A DNA stretch of 38,237 nucleotides from Gemmatimonadota bacterium (lineage in GTDB: Bacteria > 4572-55 > J002). The notes beneath the pieces were generated by a model that searched no databases, was not told the DNA's origin, and saw only the letters and a list, made by a program, of their open reading frames with translations. The stretch covers positions 1-38,237 of the forward strand of contig RFFQ01000144.1 of the NCBI GenBank assembly GCA_003697105.1. Direction: 5' to 3'. Below are positions 1 through 9,159 of this stretch, piece by piece (positions within the stretch are counted from its first letter, which is position 1; every line of letters begins with the position of its first letter). The translations under genes and the position numbers were made by a program.

Positions 1-2
1 CC

Positions 3-89
3 CGCCATTACTGGGAAGCTAGCCAACTCGACCACGACAATTTAGATGCCCGCGCCCGGTTGGATGCCCTTCGGGCAGAAGGGTATTGA
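3..89 (+). CDS. 3' end of an upstream gene, TPR-like C-terminus (partial)
   Basis: Frame from nt 3 reads RHYWEASQLDHDNLDARARLDALRAEGY then TGA (87-89); resembles a TPR helix-turn ending. Truncated by the window edge. Confidence 0.5.
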   Translation, partial: RHYWEASQLDHDNLDARARLDALRAEGY

Positions 90-98
90 TAATTTTTC

Positions 99-126
99 TT
101 TACATTTACGCCAATTTGTGTAAAAT
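99..126 (+). promoter_or_regulatory. Putative sigma70 promoter for the kinase-murJ unit
   Basis: TTTACA (99-104), 16 nt spacer, TAAAAT (121-126), about 55 nt upstream of ATG 180. Confidence 0.45.
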
Positions 127-179
127 AGCCAAGAGGTAAATGCGCCTATTGGCTATTTTTCATCTCCAAGACCACAACT

Positions 180-2408
180 ATGCGACTCAAAATTCTACAC
201 AAACTCCTGATTGTATTGATCTTATTTGCCGCTGTCCCCCTGTTGGTTGCCGGGCTTCGGATCATCAACATTGCCCATACCGCCAAAGAGACGAACATCC
301 TTGAAAAACATAGCGATAAAGCTCATGAAATTGCAAAAACCGTCGATTTTTATATGGGAAAATGGCTGGATGCCATGCTCCTAATTGCGAACTCTCAGGA
401 ACGGAAAGCCTTGGAGCGGGAAGAATTTGAAAATCTACTGATTACGTTGGTCGAAAGCTACGAGGACATCGTTTTATTACAAATCACCTTTTATGACGGT
501 AGCCAAAATACCGCCATCAAACAGACATTACTACGCGATATCCAACAAAAAAATCAGGCGTATGCCCAGCTGATCCAAAGCCTGCAAAAACCCACCCAAA
601 AAGCACTCCAAACCCAAGAGATCCAAATTGATGAAGTCTTTAAATCACCGGAATTAGAAACCTCATTTTTGACCATTTCCGTACCGATTCAACGGGAGCT
701 TATCGGGGTCGGCGCCCTCACCGGCATCATTGACCTCCGCGTTCTACAAAATGCCATTCAGGAACATTCCATTACAGGGCACAATGAAGACCACCGCCGC
801 CACTTGATTGCCTATATAGTGGATCAGAATGGACGTTTACTGTTCCACCCCGATATCAAACGTGTCCAAAAAGCAGAAAATCTCCACCAGATCAGCCTGA
901 TCAATAAAGTACTGACCGCCCAAACCGGCGCCATCATTACCGAGTCGTTTACCAATCTCAACGGCGAGAAGATGTTGGGTGCCGCCACATTTGCCAAAAA
1001 AGTCCCGTGGGTAGTCGTTGTGGAAGAACCCTTCAAAGAGGCGTATTATTCTGTACAACAAATGCGAACCCAACTGTGGTCGTGGATGTTGGTAGGTCTG
1101 GGTTTAGCCGTGATTTTTGCCTTCATTTTTGCGGATGCGTTCAATCGCCCCATTGCCCAGTTAGTGGAAGCGGCCCGAGGTGTCGCCGCCGGAAATTTTA
1201 ACCAGCAGGTTCATATTACCAATAAGGACGAATTAGGCGAACTTGCCAAAGTATTCAACAACATGACGGCGGAATTGCGGCGTTATGACGAAATCAATGT
1301 CAACAAATTGATCAGTGAACAAGCAAAAATTCAGGCAATCATCCGCAATATTGCCGATGGCATCATTGCTACCGATGTTCAAAAACGGATTTTGTTCCTC
1401 AACAAGCAAGCGGAACAGTGGTTTGGGGTTGATATTACCACCGCCCAACACCGGTTACTCATTGAATCCGTAAAAAGTGACAAGCTCGACCAACTGATTT
1501 CCGATACCCTCTATCCGGAAAAATCCGCCGAAGATGAGCCGAAGGATCATGCGGTCGAAATCAGCATTGTGGACGCCCAAACAATGGAAAATGTGGCGTT
1601 AAAAGCACTTGCCGCACCGGTTGTAGATGGCAAAAATCAAATTATCGGCGTGGTGACCGCTTTGCGGGACATCACCCGCGAAAAAGAAATTGACCGCATG
1701 AAATCGGAGATAGTCTCCGTCGTTTCGCATGAACTCCGCACCCCGTTGACCTCTATTCAGGGCTTCTCCCAACTGATGCTAGATGAAGACCTACCCCCCG
1801 AAGAACGTCAAAATTATGCCAATATCGTTATTAGTGAAGCCGACCGCTTGACCCACATGATCAATGAATTTCTCGACCTATCCCGCTTGGAATCCGGCCG
1901 AATGGAGATTACCCCGATCCCATTTAACCTGATTGATACTCTGATGAATACGGTCTTCGTGGTTAGTGCGCAAGCCAGTGAAAAAAATATCGCCATCTAT
2001 CCGGATTTTTACGCTGATGATGTTTACGTTTACGCCGATATGGATACCATTGGACAGGTGATGATGAACCTCCTTAGCAATGCCGTCAAATACAGCCCGC
2101 CAGACCGGGAGGTGACCGTCGCCGTAACAGACGAAGGGGATGAAGTCCGCGTATCTGTCATCGATCAAGGCTTTGGTATGAAGCAAAGCGACGCCGATAA
2201 AGTGTTTGATAAATTCTTCCGTGTCAAAAACGAAGTAACCCGCGACATCACCGGGACCGGGCTTGGTTTACCCATTGTGAAAGAAATCATTGAGCGGCAC
2301 GGGAAAACCATTCAAGTCATCAGTGAATTAGGAAAAGGGTCCACCTTTACCTTCACGCTGGATAAGGCAAAACCGGAAGATTTTGAGGTCGGTATGCCCG
2401 ATGAGTAA
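180..2408 (+). CDS. Membrane sensor histidine kinase (TM-Cache-TM-HAMP-PAS-HisKA-HATPase; WalK/PhoR-like architecture)
   Basis: Two TM segments; Cache-like YIVDQNGRLLFHPD; HAMP DELGELAKVFNNM; PAS-like IADGIIATD; H-box SHELRTPL; N-box NLLSNAVKYS; G boxes DQGFGM and GTGLGL. Confidence 0.93.
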   Translation: MRLKILHKLLIVLILFAAVPLLVAGLRIINIAHTAKETNILEKHSDKAHEIAKTVDFYMGKWLDAMLLIANSQERKALEREEFENLLITLVESYEDIVLLQITFYDGSQNTAIKQTLLRDIQQKNQAYAQLIQSLQKPTQKALQTQEIQIDEVFKSPELETSFLTISVPIQRELIGVGALTGIIDLRVLQNAIQEHSITGHNEDHRRHLIAYIVDQNGRLLFHPDIKRVQKAENLHQISLINKVLTAQTGAIITESFTNLNGEKMLGAATFAKKVPWVVVVEEPFKEAYYSVQQMRTQLWSWMLVGLGLAVIFAFIFADAFNRPIAQLVEAARGVAAGNFNQQVHITNKDELGELAKVFNNMTAELRRYDEINVNKLISEQAKIQAIIRNIADGIIATDVQKRILFLNKQAEQWFGVDITTAQHRLLIESVKSDKLDQLISDTLYPEKSAEDEPKDHAVEISIVDAQTMENVALKALAAPVVDGKNQIIGVVTALRDITREKEIDRMKSEIVSVVSHELRTPLTSIQGFSQLMLDEDLPPEERQNYANIVISEADRLTHMINEFLDLSRLESGRMEITPIPFNLIDTLMNTVFVVSAQASEKNIAIYPDFYADDVYVYADMDTIGQVMMNLLSNAVKYSPPDREVTVAVTDEGDEVRVSVIDQGFGMKQSDADKVFDKFFRVKNEVTRDITGTGLGLPIVKEIIERHGKTIQVISELGKGSTFTFTLDKAKPEDFEVGMPDE

Positions 2409-3993
2409 ACAGACGACCCGTTCGGCGGGTCAAATCGCCTTTGCCACGTTGATTTCGCGGATATTGGGCTTGTGCCGCGATATGGTAAAGGCGTACTTTT
2501 TGGGTACCTCAATGGCCGCCGATGCCTTTACGGTGGCGTTTCGTATCCCCAGTATGTTGCGGCAACTGCTGGGCGAGGGTGCTCTCAGTGCCGCGTTTGT
2601 ACCCACTTACACCGAATATCTGACCCGCCACAACCGGGACGCCGCTTGGAAACTGGTCAACAATGTCATTACTTTATTGATGGGAGTACTACTGACCCTA
2701 ACAGCGGCAGGCGTGATATTCTCCCCCCAATTCGTACAGATTATTGCCCGTGGTTTTGACCTCATTCCCGGTAAGCTCACCCTAACAGTTACCCTCACCC
2801 GAATTTTATTCCCCTACATCTTTTTTGTCAGTCTTGCCGCGCTCGCCATGGGCATTCTAAACTCCCACCGCCAATTTTTTATACCGGCACTAGCACCGGT
2901 CATGCTCAATATCAGTTTGATCTTATCCGCGTTTGTCCTTAGTCCCCTGTTTGGCGACACGCCAGAACAGCAAGTATTTGGGTTTGCTATCGGAGGATTG
3001 ATCGGCGGAATGGGACAATTGGCAATTCAACTCCCCGCACTGTTCAAGTTAGGACTGCGATACCGCCCCCAATTCAACTGGCGCCACCCGGGCGTAGTAC
3101 GAATTGTCAAGCTGATGATCCCCGGTCTGTTTGGCATCGCTATTTATGAGATTAACCTCTTTGCGGATACATTTTTAGCTTCCTTATTGGAAGATGGTAG
3201 CATTGCCGCTTTGGAATATGGCAATCGATTGGTGCAACTACCACTTGGGGCATTTGCCACCGCCATCGGTACGGCCATTTTACCGGCGCTTTCGGAACAC
3301 GCCGCCCACCATAATGTTACCGAACTGAAAAAAACATTTTCACACGCCATCCGCTTGATTTTGCTGATCTTGATACCCGCTACGGTGGGCTTGATTTTAC
3401 TTGCCGACCCAATGATTCGGGTACTGCTACAACGCGGTGCTTTTGATGCCTCCCGCTCTTTACCGATGACCACCGGCGCATTGACCTTTTACGCCTTTGG
3501 CTTGTGTTCCTATGGACTTGTCAAAGGAATTGTTCCGGTGTTTTATGCCATGAAAGATACCCAAACTCCGGTCAAAACAGCGGCAGTCGCCATGCTGACC
3601 AACATTACGCTGAACATCATTCTGATGCGTTACTTACAATTGCGCGGACTCGCACTCGCAACGGCGCTTTCTGCCACGCTCAACGTGGTCTTGCTATGGC
3701 TTATTTTGAACCACCGTTTGGGGCTTAAAGTGAACCGGGAAATTGGGGTCAGTGTTATTAAAACACTGGTCGCAACTGCCATAATGGGCGGCATCTGTTG
3801 GATATCATTACAAGGGTGCTATGCGGTGTTCCCCACATCAATCCTTTGGGGACGTTTGCTGGTACTTTTTATCCCACTAATCCTGAGTCTGATCAGCTTT
3901 GTGGGCATCGCGCACCTTATGCGCCACAATGAAATCCATGAAATTATCCACTTGATCCGGCAAAAGAGGAAACCGGTACCTTCCCCCAAGTGA
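2401..3993 (+). CDS. murJ: Lipid II flippase MurJ (MviN)
   Basis: SRILGLCRD, ADAFTVAFRIP, GEGALSAAFVP, RLVQLPLG and FYAMKDTQTP motifs. ATG 2401 preferred over TTG 2383; overlaps the kinase stop. Confidence 0.95.
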   Translation: MSKQTTRSAGQIAFATLISRILGLCRDMVKAYFLGTSMAADAFTVAFRIPSMLRQLLGEGALSAAFVPTYTEYLTRHNRDAAWKLVNNVITLLMGVLLTLTAAGVIFSPQFVQIIARGFDLIPGKLTLTVTLTRILFPYIFFVSLAALAMGILNSHRQFFIPALAPVMLNISLILSAFVLSPLFGDTPEQQVFGFAIGGLIGGMGQLAIQLPALFKLGLRYRPQFNWRHPGVVRIVKLMIPGLFGIAIYEINLFADTFLASLLEDGSIAALEYGNRLVQLPLGAFATAIGTAILPALSEHAAHHNVTELKKTFSHAIRLILLILIPATVGLILLADPMIRVLLQRGAFDASRSLPMTTGALTFYAFGLCSYGLVKGIVPVFYAMKDTQTPVKTAAVAMLTNITLNIILMRYLQLRGLALATALSATLNVVLLWLILNHRLGLKVNREIGVSVIKTLVATAIMGGICWISLQGCYAVFPTSILWGRLLVLFIPLILSLISFVGIAHLMRHNEIHEIIHLIRQKRKPVPSPK

Positions 3994-4113
3994 TAATATT
4001 GTGGTCACCTGCGTTCTTCCCAACAACGCGAGGTCATTCCGGCAACGTTACCCCGCCCACCGGCTGACAATATAATTTTCACCCTGACATCAATATTTAA
4101 CTAACCCGTTTTA

Positions 4114-4148
4114 TAACAATATGTTACAATTCTGGATCGTGAGTTGCA
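4114..4148 (+). promoter_or_regulatory. Putative sigma54 (-24/-12) promoter with adjacent IHF-like site
   Basis: TGGATCGTGAGTTGCA (4133-4148) has exact GG-N10-GC spacing; TAACAATATGTTA (4114-4126) has one mismatch to WATCAANNNNTTR. Confidence 0.5.
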
Positions 4149-4209
4149 TTACCAGCCAAACAGTATCAATCCAATGTTTAATCATCATTCATATTTGCTG
4201 GGGGCAATC

Positions 4210-4284
4210 ATGAAGACAAAAAACACAACAACGACCACGGAAGCAGGTCGCAAGCACCGGGTACATCAGTTCATCATTTACTGA
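4210..4284 (+). CDS. Putative 24-aa Thr-rich small peptide MKTKNTTTTTEAGRKHRVHQFIIY
   Basis: ATG 4210 preceded by a G-rich SD-like GGGGG; TGA 4282-4284; lies between the sigma54-like promoter and a hairpin. Below the ORF-track cutoff. Confidence 0.3.
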   Translation: MKTKNTTTTTEAGRKHRVHQFIIY

Positions 4285-4339
4285 TCTCATACCAATCAAA
4301 TAAACGCTACCTTCTGTTGTTCATCCTCCTCCCACAAAG

Positions 4340-4375
4340 CAGGGGCTTGATTTTTCATCAAGTCCCTGTGTTCAT
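4340..4375 (+). terminator. Stem-loop, probable terminator of the small intergenic transcript
   Basis: CAGGGGCTTGAT-TTTTC-ATCAAGTCCCTG, 12-bp stem with one G-U pair, followed by a weak TGTTCATT tail. Confidence 0.55.
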
Positions 4376-4476
4376 TCCACCATCCTTTTTCGCTTGACAG
4401 CCGATCCGGATCAAATTATCTATAACACCTTATAAATTCACTACTTGTTCAACGTTTTATCCGAAAAAGGTTCGTT

Positions 4477-5046
4477 ATGGTTGCAACCCTTGTTGTCATT
4501 ATTCTTTTAGCCTCCGTGGCGGGGATATATGTAGTCATACCATTATTTTCACCCCCCACCGTCAAACCGAAACGGGTTGGGGAGTATTCCAAATGGCATC
4601 GCTTACAGGAGCAAAAAACGGCGGTCTTACAAAATTTACACGATTTGGATTTGGAATATCAGATGGGAAAAATCGGGGAAGCGGATTATCAGGAACTCCG
4701 GCAAAAGCTCAAAGCAGAAGCAGCCTCCGTGCTAAGCGCACTAGACCAAGTGCAGCAACACCAACAGTGGGATAGCTGGATTGAGACGGAAGTCCGCCAA
4801 CGCCGGCAGCGCTCCCCCGGAGACGGTTCTATCGCAGAATCACCCACCTTTGAGATGAATGAGGATACACCTTTAACTTGTACCAACTGTAATCATACCA
4901 ACCCGCCTCATGCCAAATTTTGTTCCACTTGCGGAACCTCATTGGCACAACCAACGTGCCCGCAATGCGGTGCATCTTATAAAATTGGTGATAATTTTTG
5001 TAATCAATGCGGAACACCCTTGACGGAAAAGGCGAGCTCTTCATAA
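4477..5046 (+). CDS. Membrane-anchored protein with CcmI-like helical motif and C-terminal double zinc ribbon
   Basis: N-terminal TM; LHDLDLEYQMGKIGEADYQEL motif; four CxxC pairs (CTNC, CSTC, CPQC, CNQC). Confidence 0.8.
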   Translation: MVATLVVIILLASVAGIYVVIPLFSPPTVKPKRVGEYSKWHRLQEQKTAVLQNLHDLDLEYQMGKIGEADYQELRQKLKAEAASVLSALDQVQQHQQWDSWIETEVRQRRQRSPGDGSIAESPTFEMNEDTPLTCTNCNHTNPPHAKFCSTCGTSLAQPTCPQCGASYKIGDNFCNQCGTPLTEKASSS

Positions 5047-6416
5047 TGAAAACTAAATCTTTTTTATGGCTGTTTATTTTGCTACTGCCGGGTATCGTCT
5101 CTGCCGTAACGATACGCGGAACCATCACCAACGGGACAACAGGAGACCCCGGTACACCGGATCGGGTTGTGTTGAAAATGCCGGGGGAACATGAGATGGA
5201 AGTTCATGAAACCATCGAAAGCCCCCCCGGGGAATTTACGTTTACAGATTTGAGTCTACGGGGAGTTTACCTGATTCAGGCAGATTATCAGGGCGTGAAA
5301 TATAATCTCAATATTCGTCCTGCCGGCGAAGAGGTCATCAAGGCGAATTTAACAATATACGAATCGACGCCCAATTGGGAAGATGTGACAGTGATGATCC
5401 CCCATTTTATTGTGGGTTCTGTGGATGGTGAACGGTTGCGGATCGACCGCACGTTTGGCATTACCAACAACAGTTTGAAGACAATCCATGAACCGGGTAA
5501 AGGGACATTTGTATTTGCTTTGCCGGCAAGTATTGCACTCAATGATCCACATCACCCGGTCTCGCTAACCGCCACAACCGAAGGTGAAATGCCCCTCCGC
5601 TTACCCTTAAAACCGCTCTCACCACCCGTTGATACACTTAACGAGTTAGCAGATGCCAGTTCCACAACAGAAGTAAGCGGTCTGGAGGGGCTAGAAAGCG
5701 GTACAATAGAAATTAGCGGGCTTGCCACGATTGATTTCCCCTTTTCCATAACCGAAACCGAACAGTACCGGTTGTACGGTATTCAATTTCCACTGAAACC
5801 GGGACGGACTGAGGTCAATGTGGTTTACGATGTCCCCTATACCGACAATGCCTACCAAATGATAGATTTTTATCCGTACCCGCTCGCGGAATCCAATCTG
5901 TTTGTTGTCCCACAGGATATAAAAGTGGAAAGTAATCAGGTTCGGTTTGAAAGGGAAGATGCCGAACGGCACTTTGCATTTTATGTGATTTCGGCGCTCC
6001 CTGCCAACAGTACATTGAAAATCCATTTTTCCGGGGGATCGTTTGAGGAATTGCAAGAAGCCACCGCAGCAGAGCACGATCATTCAACCCAACGAGGCGA
6101 AATCGTCCGCCGCCCTAATATCATAAGCGAAAATCGAATCCGGATTCCGGTAATTCTGACCGGACTCGGTTTACTGTTTATGATGTTACTGTTTCAGATC
6201 AGCCACCATCCCCCGCTGAATGTGGGAAGTGTTCCCAGTGAGAATAGCCGTAAGGCATTGGAACGTCAACGCGAAGCCTTGTTAAATGCAATGGCGCGCG
6301 CGGATGATGAATTCGCCGCCGGCCAACTGAACAAGCAGGATTACCAAAAGCGGCGCACCGACCTCAAAAACCGGTTGATCCACGTCCTGAAAGAGATGGA
6401 GAATACCCTTGACTGA
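5046..6416 (+). CDS. Exported beta-rich protein (carboxypeptidase-regulatory-like N-terminus), C-terminal TM and CcmI/SHOCT-like tail
   Basis: ATG 5046 in a TAATG overlap with the upstream stop; signal peptide MKTKSFLWLFILLLPGIVSA; IRGTITNGTTG; TM near the end; DDEFAAGQLNKQDY tail. Confidence 0.7.
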   Translation: MKTKSFLWLFILLLPGIVSAVTIRGTITNGTTGDPGTPDRVVLKMPGEHEMEVHETIESPPGEFTFTDLSLRGVYLIQADYQGVKYNLNIRPAGEEVIKANLTIYESTPNWEDVTVMIPHFIVGSVDGERLRIDRTFGITNNSLKTIHEPGKGTFVFALPASIALNDPHHPVSLTATTEGEMPLRLPLKPLSPPVDTLNELADASSTTEVSGLEGLESGTIEISGLATIDFPFSITETEQYRLYGIQFPLKPGRTEVNVVYDVPYTDNAYQMIDFYPYPLAESNLFVVPQDIKVESNQVRFEREDAERHFAFYVISALPANSTLKIHFSGGSFEELQEATAAEHDHSTQRGEIVRRPNIISENRIRIPVILTGLGLLFMMLLFQISHHPPLNVGSVPSENSRKALERQREALLNAMARADDEFAAGQLNKQDYQKRRTDLKNRLIHVLKEMENTLD

Positions 6417-7125
6417 TACCACCGCACCGGTTCTCACAGTCGAGCATGTTTCCAAGTCGTTTCGGCGGTATGTCGCCCTGCGTGATGTGGATTTCAAGGT
6501 GTACGCCGGCGAATTTTTCGCCATTTTTGGGCGGAACGGCGCCGGCAAAACCACCCTCCTGCGCATTTTAGCCACGATTCTGAAACCCTCCAGCGGCGCC
6601 ATTTACTATGCGGGCAAGAATATCCTTGCCGACCCGGCAACCTACCGGCGGCAGTTGGGCGTGGTATCGCATAGCCCATTTTTGTACCCGGATCTGACCG
6701 GACGCCAAAATTTAGAATTTTACAGCAAACTATATGATATTCCCCACCCCACGAACCACATCGATCAATTGCTGGTTCAGGTCAATTTACAAGACAAAGC
6801 ACACCAGCCGGTACGCAGTTATTCACGGGGAATGTTGCAACGGCTTTCCATTGCGCGAGCGTTGTTGCATAACCCCCAAGTCCTTTTATTCGATGAACCG
6901 TTCACCGGATTGGACAGGTCTGCTGAAAACACCCTAGACCGGTTGCTCCGCCAAAATCATACGGGCGCTCGTATTGCGATTTTGGTCACGCACGATCTGG
7001 AAAAAGGGTATCACCATGCAGACCGGCTCTCTGTGCTGGAAAAAGGAAAATTGATCGACATGGGGCACAAAGCAGACCTCCCCTTTGATGAATTCCGCCA
7101 GACGTACGAGTCCTATCTTAACTAA
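6409..7125 (+). CDS. ccmA: ABC ATP-binding protein, heme exporter CcmA-like
   Basis: Walker A GRNGAGKTT; GVVSHSPFLYPDLTGRQNL; signature YSRGMLQRLSIARA; Walker B LLFDEPFTGLD; THD. TTG start overlaps the upstream gene. Confidence 0.75.
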   Translation: MTDTTAPVLTVEHVSKSFRRYVALRDVDFKVYAGEFFAIFGRNGAGKTTLLRILATILKPSSGAIYYAGKNILADPATYRRQLGVVSHSPFLYPDLTGRQNLEFYSKLYDIPHPTNHIDQLLVQVNLQDKAHQPVRSYSRGMLQRLSIARALLHNPQVLLFDEPFTGLDRSAENTLDRLLRQNHTGARIAILVTHDLEKGYHHADRLSVLEKGKLIDMGHKADLPFDEFRQTYESYLN

Positions 7126-7162
7126 ACCGATCTCTTGATTCGCGTCGCCTATCTGATAATTC

Positions 7163-9106
7163 ATGAAAGAATATCTCCGTCTCTCCCGTTATTTGATCCC
7201 CCTCTGGAAAAGTGCCGTACTGGGTATTTTCCTGATTCTGATAGCCTCACTTTTTGAAGGATTTTCCATTGGCATGCTCTATCCGGTGATGGATTTTGTC
7301 TTTTTACGAGAGGGTGATCCGGTATCCTCGCAAGGGGTCGTCACAACGGCAACCGACGGGTGGGAATCGATCCAACAACTCGCCGCCCAAACGTGGAAAC
7401 ATCGCCACCAACCGGATTTTCTCAACAGTGCCCAACAAGAGGCAAGATCCATCTGGAATGACTTCGCCGAGACCCATTCCAAACAAGATATGCTGAGCTT
7501 CCTTTGTTTGGTGGCGCTGATGTTAGTCATTGTCAAAAGTATAGTGCTGTATCTGCAACGGGTCACCTTCATCCACGTAGAACAGCGGATGCTCGCGGCA
7601 TTACGGGATGACCTCTATGCACACTTGCAAACCTTTTCGCTCGACTTTTTCAATAAGCAACCCAGTGGCGAGCTGATCTCCCGCATCGTTAACGACATTG
7701 AGATGGTGCGCAGTTTTACGGTGAGTTCCGTAGCACGGCTGATCCAGCACATCTCCAAAGTGATTATCTATCTCTCCATTGCCCTGTTTATCAACCTCAA
7801 ATTATCCCTTGTGGTCTTTTTGCTGATGCCGCCCATCTTTGTCGCCATCGGACGGCTGGTTGACCGGATCAAACGCTATAGTAAGCGTTCCCAACAGCGC
7901 ATCGCCGATTTGACCGGTGTATTGCAGGAAACGTTCAGCAGCATCCGCGTGGTCAAAGCCTTTGCGATGGAGAATTACGAAATCAAACGCTTTGCTCATA
8001 AAAATAACCAATATCGCTCAACCTTTTCGCGGTTGCTCCGCATTGAGGCAACGGTTTCCCCCATCGGAGAAGTGCTCACCACATCCGTGGCAATTGCGCT
8101 ACTCTGGTATAGCGGTAATATGATTCTTTCCACCACGTCCCCCATGTCGATGGGGCAATTTTTCGTCTTTTTAGGCGCGATTTTCTCCATGATGAGTCCA
8201 ATTAAGGCGATTGGCAAAACCTACGGTAGCATGAAACGGGGTGTGGGTGCGGCGGAACGGGTGATCGAACTCCTTGACCTTGAACCAACGATTCAGGAAA
8301 AACCAGATGCGATTGACATAAAAACGTTTACGGACTCGATTCAGTTTGAGGCGGTCTGGTTTGCTTACGAACCGGATTCACCGGTACTGAAAGACATTAA
8401 TTTTACCGTTAAGCACGGTGAAGTGCTGGCATTGGTGGGTCCAAGCGGAGGGGGGAAATCCACGCTGGTTGATCTGATCCCCCGGTTTTATGACCCGACG
8501 AAAGGGTGCATCCGGATCGATGGGATCGATTTGCGAGATTTGAAATTGGCGTCTTTGCGGCAATTGATGGGTATTGTAACACAAGAAACGATCTTGTTCA
8601 ACGATACCGTGTTTAATAACATCGCTTACGGCTGCCATGACATCCCCCAAGAGCAGGTGATCGCTGCCGCAAAAGCCGCAAATGCCCATGATTTTATCAC
8701 AAAACTACCGGAAGGCTACCATACCGTGATTGGGGAACGCGGCGTCTTTTTATCCGGTGGACAACGCCAACGGCTGGCAATTGCCCGGTCTCTACTCAAA
8801 AACCCACCGATTTTGATCTTCGACGAAGCCACTTCCGCCCTCGACAGCGAATCAGAACAATTGGTACAAGACGCCATCTCCCGCTTGATGCAAAATCGGA
8901 CAACGATTGTCATTGCCCACCGGCTTTCTACCATCCAACATGCGGATAGAATTTTGGTGATTGAAAGCGGTCAAATTCGGGAGCAAGGGACCCATGCCGA
9001 GTTGATCGCCAAAGGGGGTCTCTATAAAAAATTATATGATATGCAATTTATGACAGTTGAAAATGAGGATTCGCCCGCTGTTACCGGCGAATCCAGGGTA
9101 AATTAA
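7163..9106 (+). CDS. Fused TMD-NBD ABC exporter, MsbA-like
   Basis: Six-TM domain with a large loop after TM1; GPSGGGKST; LSGGQRQRLAIAR; DEATSALDSESE; IAHRLSTI. Confidence 0.88.
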   Translation: MKEYLRLSRYLIPLWKSAVLGIFLILIASLFEGFSIGMLYPVMDFVFLREGDPVSSQGVVTTATDGWESIQQLAAQTWKHRHQPDFLNSAQQEARSIWNDFAETHSKQDMLSFLCLVALMLVIVKSIVLYLQRVTFIHVEQRMLAALRDDLYAHLQTFSLDFFNKQPSGELISRIVNDIEMVRSFTVSSVARLIQHISKVIIYLSIALFINLKLSLVVFLLMPPIFVAIGRLVDRIKRYSKRSQQRIADLTGVLQETFSSIRVVKAFAMENYEIKRFAHKNNQYRSTFSRLLRIEATVSPIGEVLTTSVAIALLWYSGNMILSTTSPMSMGQFFVFLGAIFSMMSPIKAIGKTYGSMKRGVGAAERVIELLDLEPTIQEKPDAIDIKTFTDSIQFEAVWFAYEPDSPVLKDINFTVKHGEVLALVGPSGGGKSTLVDLIPRFYDPTKGCIRIDGIDLRDLKLASLRQLMGIVTQETILFNDTVFNNIAYGCHDIPQEQVIAAAKAANAHDFITKLPEGYHTVIGERGVFLSGGQRQRLAIARSLLKNPPILIFDEATSALDSESEQLVQDAISRLMQNRTTIVIAHRLSTIQHADRILVIESGQIREQGTHAELIAKGGLYKKLYDMQFMTVENEDSPAVTGESRVN

Positions 9107-9159
9107 TGGAGAGGGTATATCGGGTTTATTTTATACGGGTATGACATGATGCGTCGCTT

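Noticed and set aside
4210-4375. Classical threonine attenuator
   Set aside because: Downstream genes are not Thr biosynthesis or ThrRS genes, I found no antiterminator pairing, and the hairpin is about 55 nt past the stop.
4394-4426. sigma70 promoter with GATCCGGATC spacer palindrome (MerR-like)
   Set aside because: TTGACA is perfect but there is no convincing -10 at 16-19 nt spacing; a 10-bp palindrome alone is weak evidence.
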